From Callorhinchus milii (lineage: Eukaryota): a stretch of DNA of 64,000 nt. Under the pieces are notes generated by a model. It saw only the letters and a program-made list of their open reading frames with translations, searched no databases and was not told the origin of the DNA. Positions 1 through 13,700 of this stretch are shown piece by piece; positions within the stretch are counted from its first letter, which is position 1, and the number at the start of each line of letters is the position of its first letter. The DNA is taken from contig NW_024704743.1 of assembly GCF_018977255.1 (NCBI RefSeq), forward strand, positions 96,164,001-96,228,000. Reading direction: 5' to 3'. The position numbers were made by a program, and so were the translations under genes.

Positions 1-241
1 GTAAAGTGAATTGACTGTATATTTGTGGGCAAATGGGGCAGCCAATTGCACACAGCAATGTCCCACAAACAGTCGTAGATTGAAAATGACCAATTTATTA
101 TTGTTTTTGGTTTTGGAGGGATTATTATTAGGCTCTGTGTGGAGTAATGAAACTTGCCCAAGGTTTCGCCCTCTGCCTGGAATTGAACTCAGGTCTCTCA
201 CTTGCAAAGCAAGTGCTCTAACCACTGAGCTACAGGACTCC
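1..241 (-). mobile_element. tRNA(Ala)-derived SINE, young subfamily (3' part outside the window)
   Basis: Minus strand begins GGAGTCCTGTAGCTCAGTGGTTAGAGCA (A box), has a TGC anticodon loop and GTTCAATTCC (B box); nearly identical to the copy at 53082-53407. Confidence 0.9.
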
Positions 242-1481
242 ACGACTCTAGAGACAAGCTTGTAGTTTAAAAGCAAAATGAATACAGCCACAACAACAAC
301 TTGGATTTGTATAGCACCCTCCACGCCGGACATGTGGCGTAATGGTGTTAAAGGTGATGGTTTAGATCCCAAGAGGTAAAAGGAGAAGGGGTGGGGACAA
401 GTAGATAAAACTAGATGTGGGTGAATAGAGTAAAGTTACTGTACTTGAAGGTGACATCATGGGAAATCAGAGGCCCTGGAACTGGTTTAACCAGATTGTC
501 TATCCATTAAGCTTCCCCACCTTCAGCTGTTAGTCTTGTGATCTAACCCTGTGCCTGCAGCAGAGGGGGAGCTAAACCGTAACTTGGCTCTTCATTGTCC
601 CAGGTGCACCTTCTGCTCTTTCACATTATCAACCCACCTCCAAAATAATTATTTTGGGGTCTCTGTTTTTGTGTTAATGCACTAATTTAATGCCTGATAA
701 TTTAATGCCTGCAGGTGAAAAAATTAATTAGCTTTGGCCATTTAAGCCTCCAGCCAGAATCAATACAGTAATACTCTGTGACCTTAATACGCGTATTATC
801 TGCAGCTGCCTCAACAGGGAAACCATATCAAATGTGACTTTGAGGTGCTTTTGTTCAAGGTTCCAAAGACAGCATTGTGGAGAGTGTGCACTCTGAACTG
901 TACCACTTCTTTACAAGAGCAAACATAATGTGCTTATGCTCACATTTTGCTCTATGAGATCTGCTCCTATGCACATATGTCTCTATTTAAATGCTTCTAT
1001 CTAGTCTCAGACTATCGATACTAGATTATGTGTCAAACTTCTCCCTGTCTCTTCTGATAGCTTTGTGCAAATTGATATCTACAGAGCCTTGGTATCTTCC
1101 TGAAGTAGTCACATCTCATATGTGAACCTAGACTGGTGGTGACCATCTCTTGTGCCATGGGATCTTTAATGTCCACCTGGACAGGCAGACAGGACCTTGG
1201 TTTAACGTCTCATCTGAAGGATAACACCTCCAACACAACAGCAAACCCTTAACACTGTATTGGAGCATCAGCATAGATATAATCCCAGCACAGGATTGTA
1301 ACCTTGCAGGAAAATACCATATTCAGCATGTTTATACAGTGGAGCCCTGTTGGTGTCATAAAGTCGCAACCAGCACAATAACGGAGCATGATCACATATC
1401 ATCTCCCTGTACCAGGTATAATGAGGTGTTTATTTGTTTACATTCCAAAATTGATGTTCCTTTGTACTTTTACTTTTACAG

Positions 1482-1799
1482 GTGAAATGACAGAACTGAG
1501 AAAGCGAAGGGAACAGAAATGCCCAAAAGAGCTTGTCGCAAAGGAGGAGGAGGAGGAGGAGATGTTTTTGGAAGTGCCTGTCCCAAATAAGAAGGAACCG
1601 TGCCAAGAAGAGCCAACCCCGAAGGAGGAAGAAATGACGTGTTCGCCGCAGTCCAAACTGGAGGAGACATGTTCACTACAGCACACGTCAGAGGATTCAT
1701 GCTCAGAACAACCAACAATGGACAAGGAGACACGCTCAGAGGAGCTTGCTCCAAAAGAAGACAAACCAACCAGCTCGGACAAAGAAGGAAAGAGTAGAT
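1482..1799 (+). CDS. DPY19L4: DPY19L4 exon 2 (acidic, expanded N-terminus)
   Basis: Acceptor tttacag at 1481 and donor gtaagg at 1800; phase 1/1; encodes (G)[12 protein letters not shown]...KEGKSR. An in-frame ATG lies at 1487. Confidence 0.8.
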
Positions 1800-4700
1800 G
1801 TAAGGCTGTGAATTGTTCTTTTTCTTACTATTCTTGTCCATTGTAAAGGACTTTAATAGAATGCAGGATCACTTGGTGGCATTTTGGGGTTTGGACCCCG
1901 ACATTAACTTATCCAAAATGTGTGGGCCTGCTTCATTGCACGTGTGCAGAAAGACAAACATTATCCCCAGCATAAAATGGACACATTTGCATTTCTGCAG
2001 CAAAACTGGGACAAAAACAGGATCTCTCTTCCCTTTTCTACTCAGGCTATCATTTACACAGTAATATGTTCCAGCCACAATTGTACTTCCCAACCAGTGC
2101 TTTCACATTGATATTTGTGAAGAAAAATGTTTTGAGTAACTTCCTTCTCATTTCCCCCTTGCCTGCATTACCTGAAGGCAGTGACCTTTGCTGAGATCCA
2201 GTTACAATCGTTGCATTCTCAGGGGTCATCTGTATAGACTGAAGATGGTCTTCAAAGAACCCATAATACTATTTCTTCTGCCAAATATATTTTCAGTTGT
2301 TTTACATTGAGTCCAAAGCAAAATAATAGTAACTCCTTAGGTCACTGTTTTGTTTGATCATCCAGGTGTCTGGCACGTGCAGAAACCCAGCACTACGTTT
2401 AAGTTTAAGAGTATCCAAACCAACACCGGAAAGCTCCGCATATGCATGGAAATTTCCATTTGGCCTCACTATGGCCGTCTCTCATATCTAAGGTTCAGCA
2501 GGACAAAAACTCCCTGCAATTTTTATAGTAATTTCCTTTAAAAGCAAGTATTCCTTATTTTTTTCCATTTGTTTTATCCCTTATCACTCCTCTACTGAAG
2601 GGAGTGACCTTTTAGGGGTGGCTCCATGGGGTGTTGCCCAGAATGTGTCTACATATATTCTTCTCCTGAGAATACCTTTTTAATATTTTGCAGCTTCCTT
2701 TCATCAATGGGTGAAAGTTTTCTTTGGTAGCTGGGCAGCCATCGCCAGTGGTATGATGTATGCTGTGTATCTTTCTACCTTTCATGAGAGGAAATTCTGG
2801 TTTTCTAATAGACAGGTAAGATTGCCAGTATCCTGTGCCAATTTTCTTTATAATAATGTACAGGTAGCAAGCAGTGTGTTTGGAAATTTTTGTATGCTTA
2901 CCTCTCTTGAAAATAATAGAGTATGTTTAATGGATGGCAATATTCTCTAGCGCCTTTCCCAAAAGAGCATCTTCATGTGTGAGCATGAGTAAGGTTAATG
3001 AGTTGTTAGACTTTGTGCAAGGTGTGCGCGTGTTGAGATTTTTCTGTCTGGTGATTGCCCATTGATACTTGTGAGCTTGTGTAAAGCTTGTATTTAAGAT
3101 ATCAGCCTGGCTCACTAGGTCCCTTCCCTCCCCTCACCATTTCCCCCCTGCTCGGGTCCTGACCCAACTGTCCAGCGCCTTGGGACGTCCTCCCGACGTG
3201 AAAGGCGCTCTATAAATGAAATCTTGTTGTTGTAGCACTCTCACTTCTGAGTTAGAAGGTTCTGGGTTCAACGCCTACATTGGGACTTTGAACTTATATA
3301 CTCTAGGTTGACACTCCAATGTAGGGCTGGGGCGCACTGCATTGCTGGAAGTGTCATCCTTTGGATGAGATGTCAAACTGAGACCCCGTTTGCCTGTTCA
3401 GATGAATGTTAAAGAGCTAAGGGCACTATTCGAACAAGAAATAATAATAATAATAATCCTTGCATTTGATATAGCGCTTTTCACGTGGGAGGACGTCCCA
3501 AAGCGCTTCACAGAACACACTGTAAAGTGAATTGACTGTATATTTGTGGGCGAACGCGGCAGCCAATTGCGCACAGCAATGTCCCACAAACAGTCTTAGA
3601 TTGAAAATGACCAATTTATTATTGTTTTTGGTTTTGGAGGGATTATTATTAGGTGTGGAGTAAGGAAACTTGCCCAAGGTTTCGCCCTGTCTGGAATTGA
3701 ACTCGGGTCTCTCACTTACAATGCGAGTGCTCTAACCACTGAGCTACAGGACTCCACAGGATTCCAAAGGAGTATCTCCCGGTGTCCTGACCAACAATAC
3801 CCAATATAAAATTACTAATTTGTAGGACATTGCTGTATGCCATATTCAACTATCAAATCACAGTCACAACGCTTTACAGTAAACCCTGCACTACATCAAA
3901 TGCAAGGATTATTTATTTATATTTGTTTATTTTGTTACACTGCAACTTGAGGTGTGAATGCAGAATTCTGCATGCTTTGGCTCACATGTTCAGATTTCAT
4001 CAGTTTTGAGTCCTGAGCTCTATGTGTCTGCTACATAACCATCATCAGCCACTCGACTCGAGATTCCAAAACCCAAGTACCTAGATTAAAATTAGCATAG
4101 CTGAAGGAAACCTGCAGTTCTCAACGTGTGGCTCCAAGCAGAGATAATTATATTGTAAAAGGTGTTTTATATAGATTTGATCCTTATTTTAAGATGCAGA
4201 TATAATCCTTATAAAACACTAGTCAGGAATGGTGCTGCTGAGATTTGAAAACATCAGTGCATTTTTTTTTGCTGGCCTTTCATATGTAAGTAAGCTAGCC
4301 ATGCTTAATCCCTTGAGTATTCAGTGTCTGCATAATGCCAGATTCCCTGGTTGAGAGTGTTGCAGATACCCTGATTTGAGACCTCTTGTACTGCTGCTAA
4401 GACAACTCTAAAATATCCTTGAGCACTGCCTGAGAGTGGAGTTTATTTTCTTTACTTGTCCGTTAATGCCTTGCCATTATTCTCTGGGAGTCCTTGATAG
4501 CCCAATTCATACCTGAAACCCAGTGACATGGGAATCATCTCTCATTTGCAACTTTACATCCACACAACCTCTGCAAAATAAGTGAAGATTTGTGCTATTT
4601 AATATTGTAAAATCTTAAAGAAATGTTTAAAACACAATTTGCAACTCCTTCAATAATAATGATCATCTTTACATTTGATATAGAGCCTCACCACGTCAAA

Positions 4701-7700
4701 ACTTCCCAAAACATTTCGCGGGTAATTGTTGTTGGATGTAGTGACTGTGAACTTATAGGGCAAATGTGGCAGCTATTTTGCATATAGCAAGGTCCCTCAG
4801 ACAGCCATGAAATGAAAGATCAATTTAACTTTAGGATTGTTGGCCAGGAGACTGGGAGAAATTTCGTTTTGTTTTCAAATAGTGTCATAGGATCTTTAAC
4901 ATCTACCTGAACAAGCAGATGGGACCTTGGTCTGATCTGAAGGACAAGCATACAACAAACCAGGCCTCCCCAAGCACTACACTGGTGTGTTAGCCCCAAC
5001 TGAACCCATACTCTCTGACCCAGAGACGTACTAACTGAGCCAAGCTGATACCAGTGCCCAGTTAGATAAAGCCAGTACTTGGTGTCATGCCAAGCCATGG
5101 ACATCAGAAGGCCAAAGTTCTGTTCTTAGCCAGTGTTGAATTAAGTGATCTCAACCATTTGGGCCATAGCTGGGCTACTAACAATTGACATTATATGTAT
5201 ATATATATATATTTATGTGTATATATTCACTTTACAGTATATTCTGTGAAGCGCTTTGAGACGTGTTGAAGATGTGAAAAAGGGCTATATCAAAGGAAGG
5301 ATTATTGTATTATTATTATAGCCCAGATTAGGGAGAGATTGACACAGCTAGGGTTCCTGTTTCTGATCACTGTCCAGTGATCCTTGCTGAAACGTTTAAC
5401 TGTCTGGACTTTGGAGGAGATCAGGATTGGGCTTGGCTGTGATCTCTTCCACAATTGAGCTGTCTGTTGATTCTCTTGCTCATGAAGAATGTACTTTGGA
5501 TGAAGGTCTGGAGCACTGCAAATGCCTGTGGAACATTATACCAGCAAGACGAAATTGGAAGAAAAGATGACAATATTGGCAAAATGAACCCACAATATGA
5601 TCCTTCAATAATACATTTTAAATACATTTTTAATTTGGAAGAGAAATTCTACTGCTGTCTTTAAATAATTAAAGTATAATGAATCATTACATATTAAGGT
5701 TTGTGCTCTTAAAACAGTAATAATCCTTGAATTTGGTAAAGCACCTAAAGCGTCAATGTCTCCAAATGCTTTACAGTAATTACTGATACGTATAGTGACT
5801 GTAATTGTAGGTGGACAAGGCAGCCAGTTTGTGCCCAAACAGGGTTGAACGACCAGTTTATCTGGAGATCTATTGGCCAGGATTTTGGGAGAAACACCTT
5901 TATCTTCTTGAATAGTATCATGGGATCTTTGAAGACCACAAGAACAGGCAGATGGGACCTCAGTTTAATGCCTTATCTGAAGGGTCAGTAACTCCAACAA
6001 TGTAGTGTACCCCTCAAAAATGTGCTGCAATGTCAGCCTAGACCCATCAGCTCATAACAACAACAACAACAACAAGATTCCATTTATAAAGCGCCTTTCA
6101 CGTCAGGAGGACGTCCCAAGGCGCTGCACAGTTGGGTCATGACCCGAGCAGGGGGGAAATGGTCAGGGTGAGGGGAGGGAAGGGAGGGAGCGAGGAGGGG
6201 GGAAATGGTCAGGGTGAGGGGAGGGAAGTGAGGGAGCGAGGAGGAGGAAGAGAGTCGAGAGGGGAGCTGAAGGCTCGGTCAAAGAGAAAGGTTTTGAGAC
6301 CGGCCTTGAAGGAGGAAAGGGAGGAAGCGGCGAAGGCACTGGGGGATGGAGTTCCAGAGCCTGGGGGCTGAGAGGCTGAAGGCCCGGCCACCGATGGTAG
6401 GGCGGTTGGGGCGGGGGACGTGGAGCAGACCGGAGCCAGAGGAACGGAGGGTACGGGCAGGTAGGTAGGGGGATAGTAGGTCGGAGAGGTAGGAGGGAGC
6501 AAGGCCGTGAATGGCCTTGTAGGTGAGGATGAGGATCTTGAAATCAATCCTCTGGGGGATGGGGAGCCAGTGGAGGAGAGCGAGGGTGGGAGTGATGTGA
6601 TCGCGAAGCCTGGTGCGGGACAGTACACGAGCTGCAGAGTTCTGAATGACCTGCAGCTTGTGGAGGGAGGTGCCGGGAAGGCCGGCGAGGAGAGAGTTCC
6701 CATAGTCCAGCCTTGAGGTGACGAAGGCGTGAACCAGGGTTTCAGCAGCGTGAGGGGTGAGGTAATGCCGTAGTCTGGCGATGTTCCGGAGGTGATGGAA
6801 GGCGGTGCCAGTTGTGATGCGGATGTGAGGGAGAAAGGACAGCTCAGGGTCGAACAAAACGGTCCTTGATATGTCCTTGATATGGAGCATGAACCCAAAA
6901 TCTTCTAAGAGTGACGCTACCCAGCTTCGTTTTTAATGATATTTTTAATAATGAGCTCCCCATCTTTCCCACGTTATCCTAGTCTGTGTGATGTGATGCC
7001 AGTGTACATTGGCAACAATGTACAGGCGTTCAAATCATTTATAATGTAGTTAGACATTTTTATAAGGCATGTAATATTTTTTGTAAAGATTTTGCTTTAT
7101 GAGCAGAATATGTTGTAGGTGTCTTGATGTTGGTGCTAATCATGCTTGGACCTCCTGTTTTTATTGTTATTTATTTTGAGGTTATTGTTATCAATTTGTC
7201 GTTTCCTGCTCTTTAGGATCTTGAACGTGAAATCTCCTTTCAGGCGGACAGTGGCTTGTATTATTACTACTATAAAAAGATGTTGCAGGCGGGGTCAATC
7301 CAGGAAGGTATTTTCAGAAATTCTGCAATTCTTCTGCGTTTGTGTTTTACGTGCGATTTTACTGATTAACCAAAAAAGCTGAGAATCTGTGTTAGCTAAT
7401 TTATTTTACTGGGAATATGCTCCATATTCTAACCCTCCTCTGGAGTGCCACTTATGACACGTTTATTTGGCTTACATTGGCAGTATGTGGGATTTGGTTT
7501 AGACCACAGCTTTTTTACCCTCATCCTTCTGCGATATTGTTCCACAGGCACCTGTTGCCCTCTGGCATCTTGACCAAATGACCCTTGTTAAGGTGTTGGT
7601 GTTGGCGGACTATTCAGGCAAATATGATCCTGTCATTGGCTGACATCCCCACACATGACTACAACAACAAATTGTGTGTGTATGTGTATATATATATATA

Positions 7701-10700
7701 TATATATAGCGCCTTTCCCTTCAGGAGGATGTCCAAGACACTGATAGGGCTAGGGAATCGTGTTCAGGGGCGGAAACCTGAGTTAATTTTCCTTTCCCTT
7801 TGTTACATGGCCATTGAGAACAATTGTAGTGTGTCCAGTACTGCTCTAATTAAGATTAATTAACTAGCGCAGAGTGGGTTAAAGTTAATCAAACCTGATT
7901 TGTCCTGGCCTGAGTCAGCTAATCACTGAACCAGACCACAGCTATTTTTAATGGGTAACAATAACAAGCTGATACAAAAGTAAAATTATTTAGAACATTG
8001 TTGGTTTAAGTGGGTAAAAGGCACCACTTGGTGCTGCTCTGGGCATTACAGGCCAGATGTTAATGATCGGATTCCTGTGTGTGCGGAGATAGCTAATCTC
8101 ATCTGGGGAAGCAGTTGGAGTACTACAATTGCCCTTGGCACCCAAAGGGCTACCAACCTCCATCATTACAAAGTGTCTCCCCCCCCGCCCCATTCAGACA
8201 GACAGACAGCTTGCCTACATTCACTAGGTTTGCAATTGACACCAGGATAGTGGAAGGTGAACTAGGTGGACCTTGGTCTTCTTTCGCTGAGCAAATTCTT
8301 ATGTTCTTATGTGAAGAATGACCTTTTGGGTGAAGTAGTGGATGGCTGTGAATTCATAATCCAACAAGAGATGGTACCTTCAGAGAGGAATAAAAGAGAA
8401 AATTGTCCAAAAGTAATTTTTAAAAATTCTCAGCAATCATTAGATTTTTTTTGGGGGGGCGTGGGTTAAGACTATCTAACTCCCTTAATGGGATTCATTG
8501 AAGCATTCTTGCTCGATACATACAGCTTACTTTACTGTAAATCTTGCCTCTGATGCTGAATATGTTACTGTGTCTCTAATGTAGTGTCCCTCATGTTGTT
8601 CAGCATCAGTGTCATCTCTGGGAGGGTGTGCTTGGGTCTGTGGGAGGTGTACTCAGTATTGGGGAAATGTTACTCATTCTCCATAGGACATGCGTTTGGT
8701 GGGTGGGGGATACTTGCCTTTTCCTTTCCTCTATCCCCACTCCCTTCCTCATCTATCCTTTCACATGTTATGCTTTTTGATGCAATACCAAAATGTCTTA
8801 TTTGTATCATTAGGTCTCTTTGAACTGATGCATGACAACAAGACTTTATCAATGAGGACCCTCAATTCAGTGCAGCAAATCCATCTGTATCCAGAGGTGT
8901 TTGCCAGCATCCTGTACCGTGTGACTGGCAGCCAGGTGCGTACGCTCGCAGAACACAGATAGCGAACATTTCATTTTAGTAAATAAATGAAACTCTTTGT
9001 ATATGTATTTTCTTTTCATTCTGAAAATGAGGATATTAAAAGGGTGCAGGGTGAAATATTTTTCCTTGCTTTGTAGAGGAAAGGAGAGAGGAAATTTTCT
9101 TTACTAACAAGAATACTACAAATGCCTCACTCTGACAACAGTCGTGTCCGATATTTGCAATTTAAAAAAAAACTGTTTCCTTATCTTTTGAAGGCAGTGA
9201 GTTACACTGGGCTATAGTTCCAACTAGCTGCCCTATGTTTAAAAAAAATCCTTGCATTCAATACAGTACCTTTCATCTGGAAGAATGTCTCAAAGTGCTT
9301 CACCAGACAGAATATAAAGTGCAGTAACTGTGTATTTTATCGGTATACTCAGCAGCCTCATCAGTTCAAAGAAAACTTCCTTTTCTTTTCGAATTGTGCC
9401 ATTGTACAATCTTTAATATCCACTTGACTAGGCAGATGGGGCTTCAGATTAACATCTCATCTGAAAGATTTTTCAGCAACTTGGGACGTCCTCCCAATGT
9501 GAAAGGCGCTATACAAATGTAATTTTATTGTTGTCATCTCCAACATTTCAGCATATCCCTAATACTTCATTGGTTTGTCAGCCTAGATTATTGAGGTTCA
9601 AAATCCTGGCAAGGGGTTTGAACCTACAACCTTCTGTGAGAGAGTTACCAACTTAACCAGGCTAACCTGGCTCACACGATCACAAGAAGTGTTCAAGTGA
9701 AAAGGGCCCTTCGGCATATTTGATCTCAATCTTCCAGAATGCTCAATCTGCAGTCTTTCCATTAGGGAATCGAGACTTCTTAAATGAGTCCTGGTCTCAA
9801 ACACATTTCCCAATAACCAGTTTCAGTTGTTAATTACCCTCTGAGTATAGAAATACTTCCTGGTGTTTGAGCTGAAATTGTACTTTGCAACCCAGATTTT
9901 TTTTTGCCCTCTTGATCTGCTGTACCTTGGTTTCTCTGAAAGTATTGTTCTAGTTTTACTTTCTCAATCTCATTTGTCACTTTTTATAGTTCTATAATGT
10001 CCCCTCTGAAATGTCTGTTTTCGTAGCTGAAGAGCTCTAGCTTATCAAGTTGCTTCTCTTAAATTGTTCTTCAAATGTGGCTATGTTATTTTACCTGTAT
10101 GACAGTCAAATTCTTTGAAACACCAAACTATAACGGTCATAATACTTAAGGTGGTCAACATTGTTGTATTTCATTCCTTATTTGAGGAATGGCTTGTGGT
10201 TTTCAGTAGTTTTTCCCCTTTCCCCCAACTTCTGAATAATGGTTGTGCTAAACGTTTTGGCTGCTGCCATCTTGAATTCCTACTTAGTGGGAATTTGGGG
10301 GAACAGAGAAAACTGCCTCTCCAATCTTATTCAGGTGATAGTGTGCTAACTCCATGTCAGCTGGTGAAAATCTTCAGGTCCGTTTTTATTTATGAGCTTC
10401 TTTCTAATCAATGGAAATGACTCAAAGCAATTACCTGCCTTCCTTATCATGCTTAAGTTAAGGTGAATTCTCTGTGAATATATTATGTGCCAAACCTGTT
10501 GTTGCTGAGTCCTATTTTTCCCCATCACCTCATCTCTTGCAGGAAGTGATTGATCCAGTTTACTTTTACATTGGCATTATATTTGGGCTCCAAGCGGTGT
10601 ATGTGACTGCACTTTATATCACCAGCTGGATGCTGAGTGGGACGTGGATGGCAGGCATGCTTACAGTCGTGTGGTACATAATCAACCGGTGAGACAACCT

Positions 10701-13700
10701 GGAGACTGAAATTGCAATCTTTGATTTGTCTTTCTTATGATTTAACAATGTGTGATAAAGACACTCTTTGCTCACAAGTATTTTTGTGCATTTTTATTCT
10801 GTCTAAGGCCACTTAATAATAATAATAATCCTTGCATTTGATATTGCACCTTATCACATCTTCGAGATGTCTCAACGCGCTTCACAGAATATACTGCTTC
10901 CTTATGATACTGGAACTTCCGACTTTGTTTCTATGCAAACAGCCATTTGTGCACAGAAAAGTCCACAAACAGTTATGTGGGACAAGGCTGAAGTGAATGA
11001 CCAGTTTATCTGGGGGATTGTTGGCCTAACACTGGAAGAAACTCCCTTCTCTTTTTGAATAACGTGATGGGATCTTTTACGGCCATCTAATAGGCAGAAG
11101 GGATATCAGATTACCATCTCATCTGAAAATTGGTATCTCTGACAATGCAGCACTTTGTCTGCATTTCATTGGAGTTTCAGTCAAAATTGTGATCTTAAAG
11201 TCTGAATGTGGGGATGGAATTCGTTATCTTCTGACCCAGAAGTGAGAGTGCTCCTGACCAAGGTGTGGAGATGACTTACTTTTGCAGTGCCACTGTGTAA
11301 CTACAACAAGGTGGAAACCGTTAGCATAGGGAATGGGAAATGCTGTCCTTCCAATGTTTTTTTGATGGTTACTTAGGTCTATAATCACTGTTGCTAATAT
11401 GGTGTGTCAGAGCGCTACTAAATTGCATCACTGTGCTGCACTTCAAACCACCAGTTATCATAATAAGAATCATCATCATAATAATCCTTGCATTTGGTTT
11501 AGAGCTTTTCACATTAGGAAGATGTCCCAAAGAGCTTCAAGGGATATGTTGTAAAGTGGAGTGACTTTTTTTGAGTGGCCGAATGCGGCAGCCAAATATG
11601 CGCACAGCGAGGTCTCACAATAGGCTATGGAGCGAATGACCAATTTTTTAAACTGGTTGATATTAAAGTAAGCGAGCACAGGGTTCATCTCTCCTCAATG
11701 GCCGAATTAGTATGTTCATTACCCAGCCATGTAAACCATAGCTTTTGTTGCAACATTTTCATTGCTTTTTACTATTCTAAATTGCTTGTGCTTTAACTGA
11801 TACTGTTTCTGTTTTGCATATTTTAGGACAGACACGACTCGAGTGGAATACGCCATTCCTTTAAGGGAGAACTGGGCACTACCATATTTTGCATTAGAAG
11901 TTGCTGCTCTCACAAGCTATCTGAAGATCAACATCAACTCCACCATGGAGGTGAGTGTGAGGAAGTTAAAGAAGTAATAGCACAGGAATACACTCTTGGA
12001 AATACTTCAGTTTGTGTCAAATGTTTATTTGAGGACCAGGTTGAGGAGGGCAGAAGAATACTCTTATCGTTCTTGTCCACTTCAATGATAGCAAAGTCCC
12101 AACTCAGAGGTTAAACTTGTGGCACATAAAATATTTGTCCAAACGATTCTCCTTCGTGGTTTGAAGCTCCTTGGCATAGAGGGTTTCCTTCAGATCATTT
12201 GTAGTTCAGGCCCAAGCAGTGACATGGATTTGTGGTAAATAGGAGAAAACGGTTGCAGGGAGATAGGACTCTGATTTACACTGATCTGTTGCTAATCGCT
12301 CTTGAGGTGGAGTCTACTTCATGGTGGGTATGTCTGTTGCCAAAGCCCTCATGTGAGGACTGGATTAAGCAGTTGGTGTTGAGTAAGCCTTGTACTCGGC
12401 TTTGAATACAGTCAATTCACTTTACAGTGTATTCTGTGAAGCGCTTTGGGACGTCCTCCCCACGTGAAAAGCTATATCAAATGCAAGGATTATTATTATT
12501 ATTATATATTGAGGGCTTGGTATCCACCAATTGATTGGTTTGAGTTGGATGTCAAATGGCCAGTGAGTGACTATCCTCCTGCTGAGGGAGTAGGAGGAAT
12601 AGAGGGTCTCCCTGAGACTGAGTTAGCTCTAAGGTGACGTTCTAGGCAACGGAGTATTGGAATCTAGTCAACCCATTTGATAGCCCATTCTTGGTAGCCC
12701 AGTTCCTGAGCTTGGTATCTGTTGTACTCCAGCCTGGCTCATCAGTAGGACTGGAGGGGTAGACCAGTCACTAGGGGCAATAGACTCCTGTTGACACTGC
12801 AAGACCTAGCTGGGCAAACAGCGAGAACCTTGCCAGACAACGATCTCAATGACAAGTTATGAGGTTTAGCTGGTTGAATCCCAGCAGCAATAGACACTGT
12901 GGGATCCCCAAGCTCTTGCTAAAGAGCAAGAACACTTTCGGAATTGCACAATTCCAAACACAAGGAAATTCCAGTGCATAGGTTGCTTGCATATGTAGAA
13001 TGCTATGTGGTTAGGCTAGTCTTAAGAACAAAGATGTGTTCCTGAGAGTGTCAGACACGCGGCTGACCAAAAAAAAAAGAGAAGAAGCTGAATTTTTTTT
13101 TACTGATAGTAATTTTACCTTTGGGTGATACTTCCTGAAAGCACTCTGGCACTCTATCCTGCGTGAGGGGCACTATATACATGCAAGTTGTTGTTGTCAC
13201 ATAGAAGTATTATTTTCCAAATTGTGCCTATGTGACTTTCTGCTGAAAAGGGAAGATGATGGGAAGTACTGTAGTCTGGAAGGGTGAGGTCGAATGTCCC
13301 AACGGCCTTTCTTCATCCAATCTCTTGTAATCTCCTAGCAATTAATAATGTTGTCAAGAGTTGAGCTAGTTATCTATCATGTGGAACACTTAACTTTGTT
13401 GAAGCATCACTGCTGCAAGAGTGTGGCATTGCACTCTTGTATCTGTTTGCATAAACTTTGTAATCATTTAGAGTTCAGGGAAGTGAGGGGAGGGAGTGTT
13501 AATTTTTCTCCAAAAGAAACAAAGCAAGTTCCTGTCTGTTGTTGTTAGTGGTGTGTTGGTTGTTATTAATAATACTCTATTGCTAATAATAATTATTCTT
13601 ACATTTGTTTTGCGTCTTTCACATCGGGAGGAATCCCGAAGAGTTTCACGGGATATATGGTAAAGTGGAGTGACTGTATTTTGTGAATGAAAATACTGAA

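Noticed and set aside
170..241. tRNA-Ala-like sequence (also at about 3690-3755 and 53335-53407)
   Set aside because: SINE head: no proper acceptor stem, and it runs directly into the SINE body
11..265. 84-aa ORF recurring almost identically at 53177-53461
   Set aside because: Antisense reading of a SINE, not a duplicated gene
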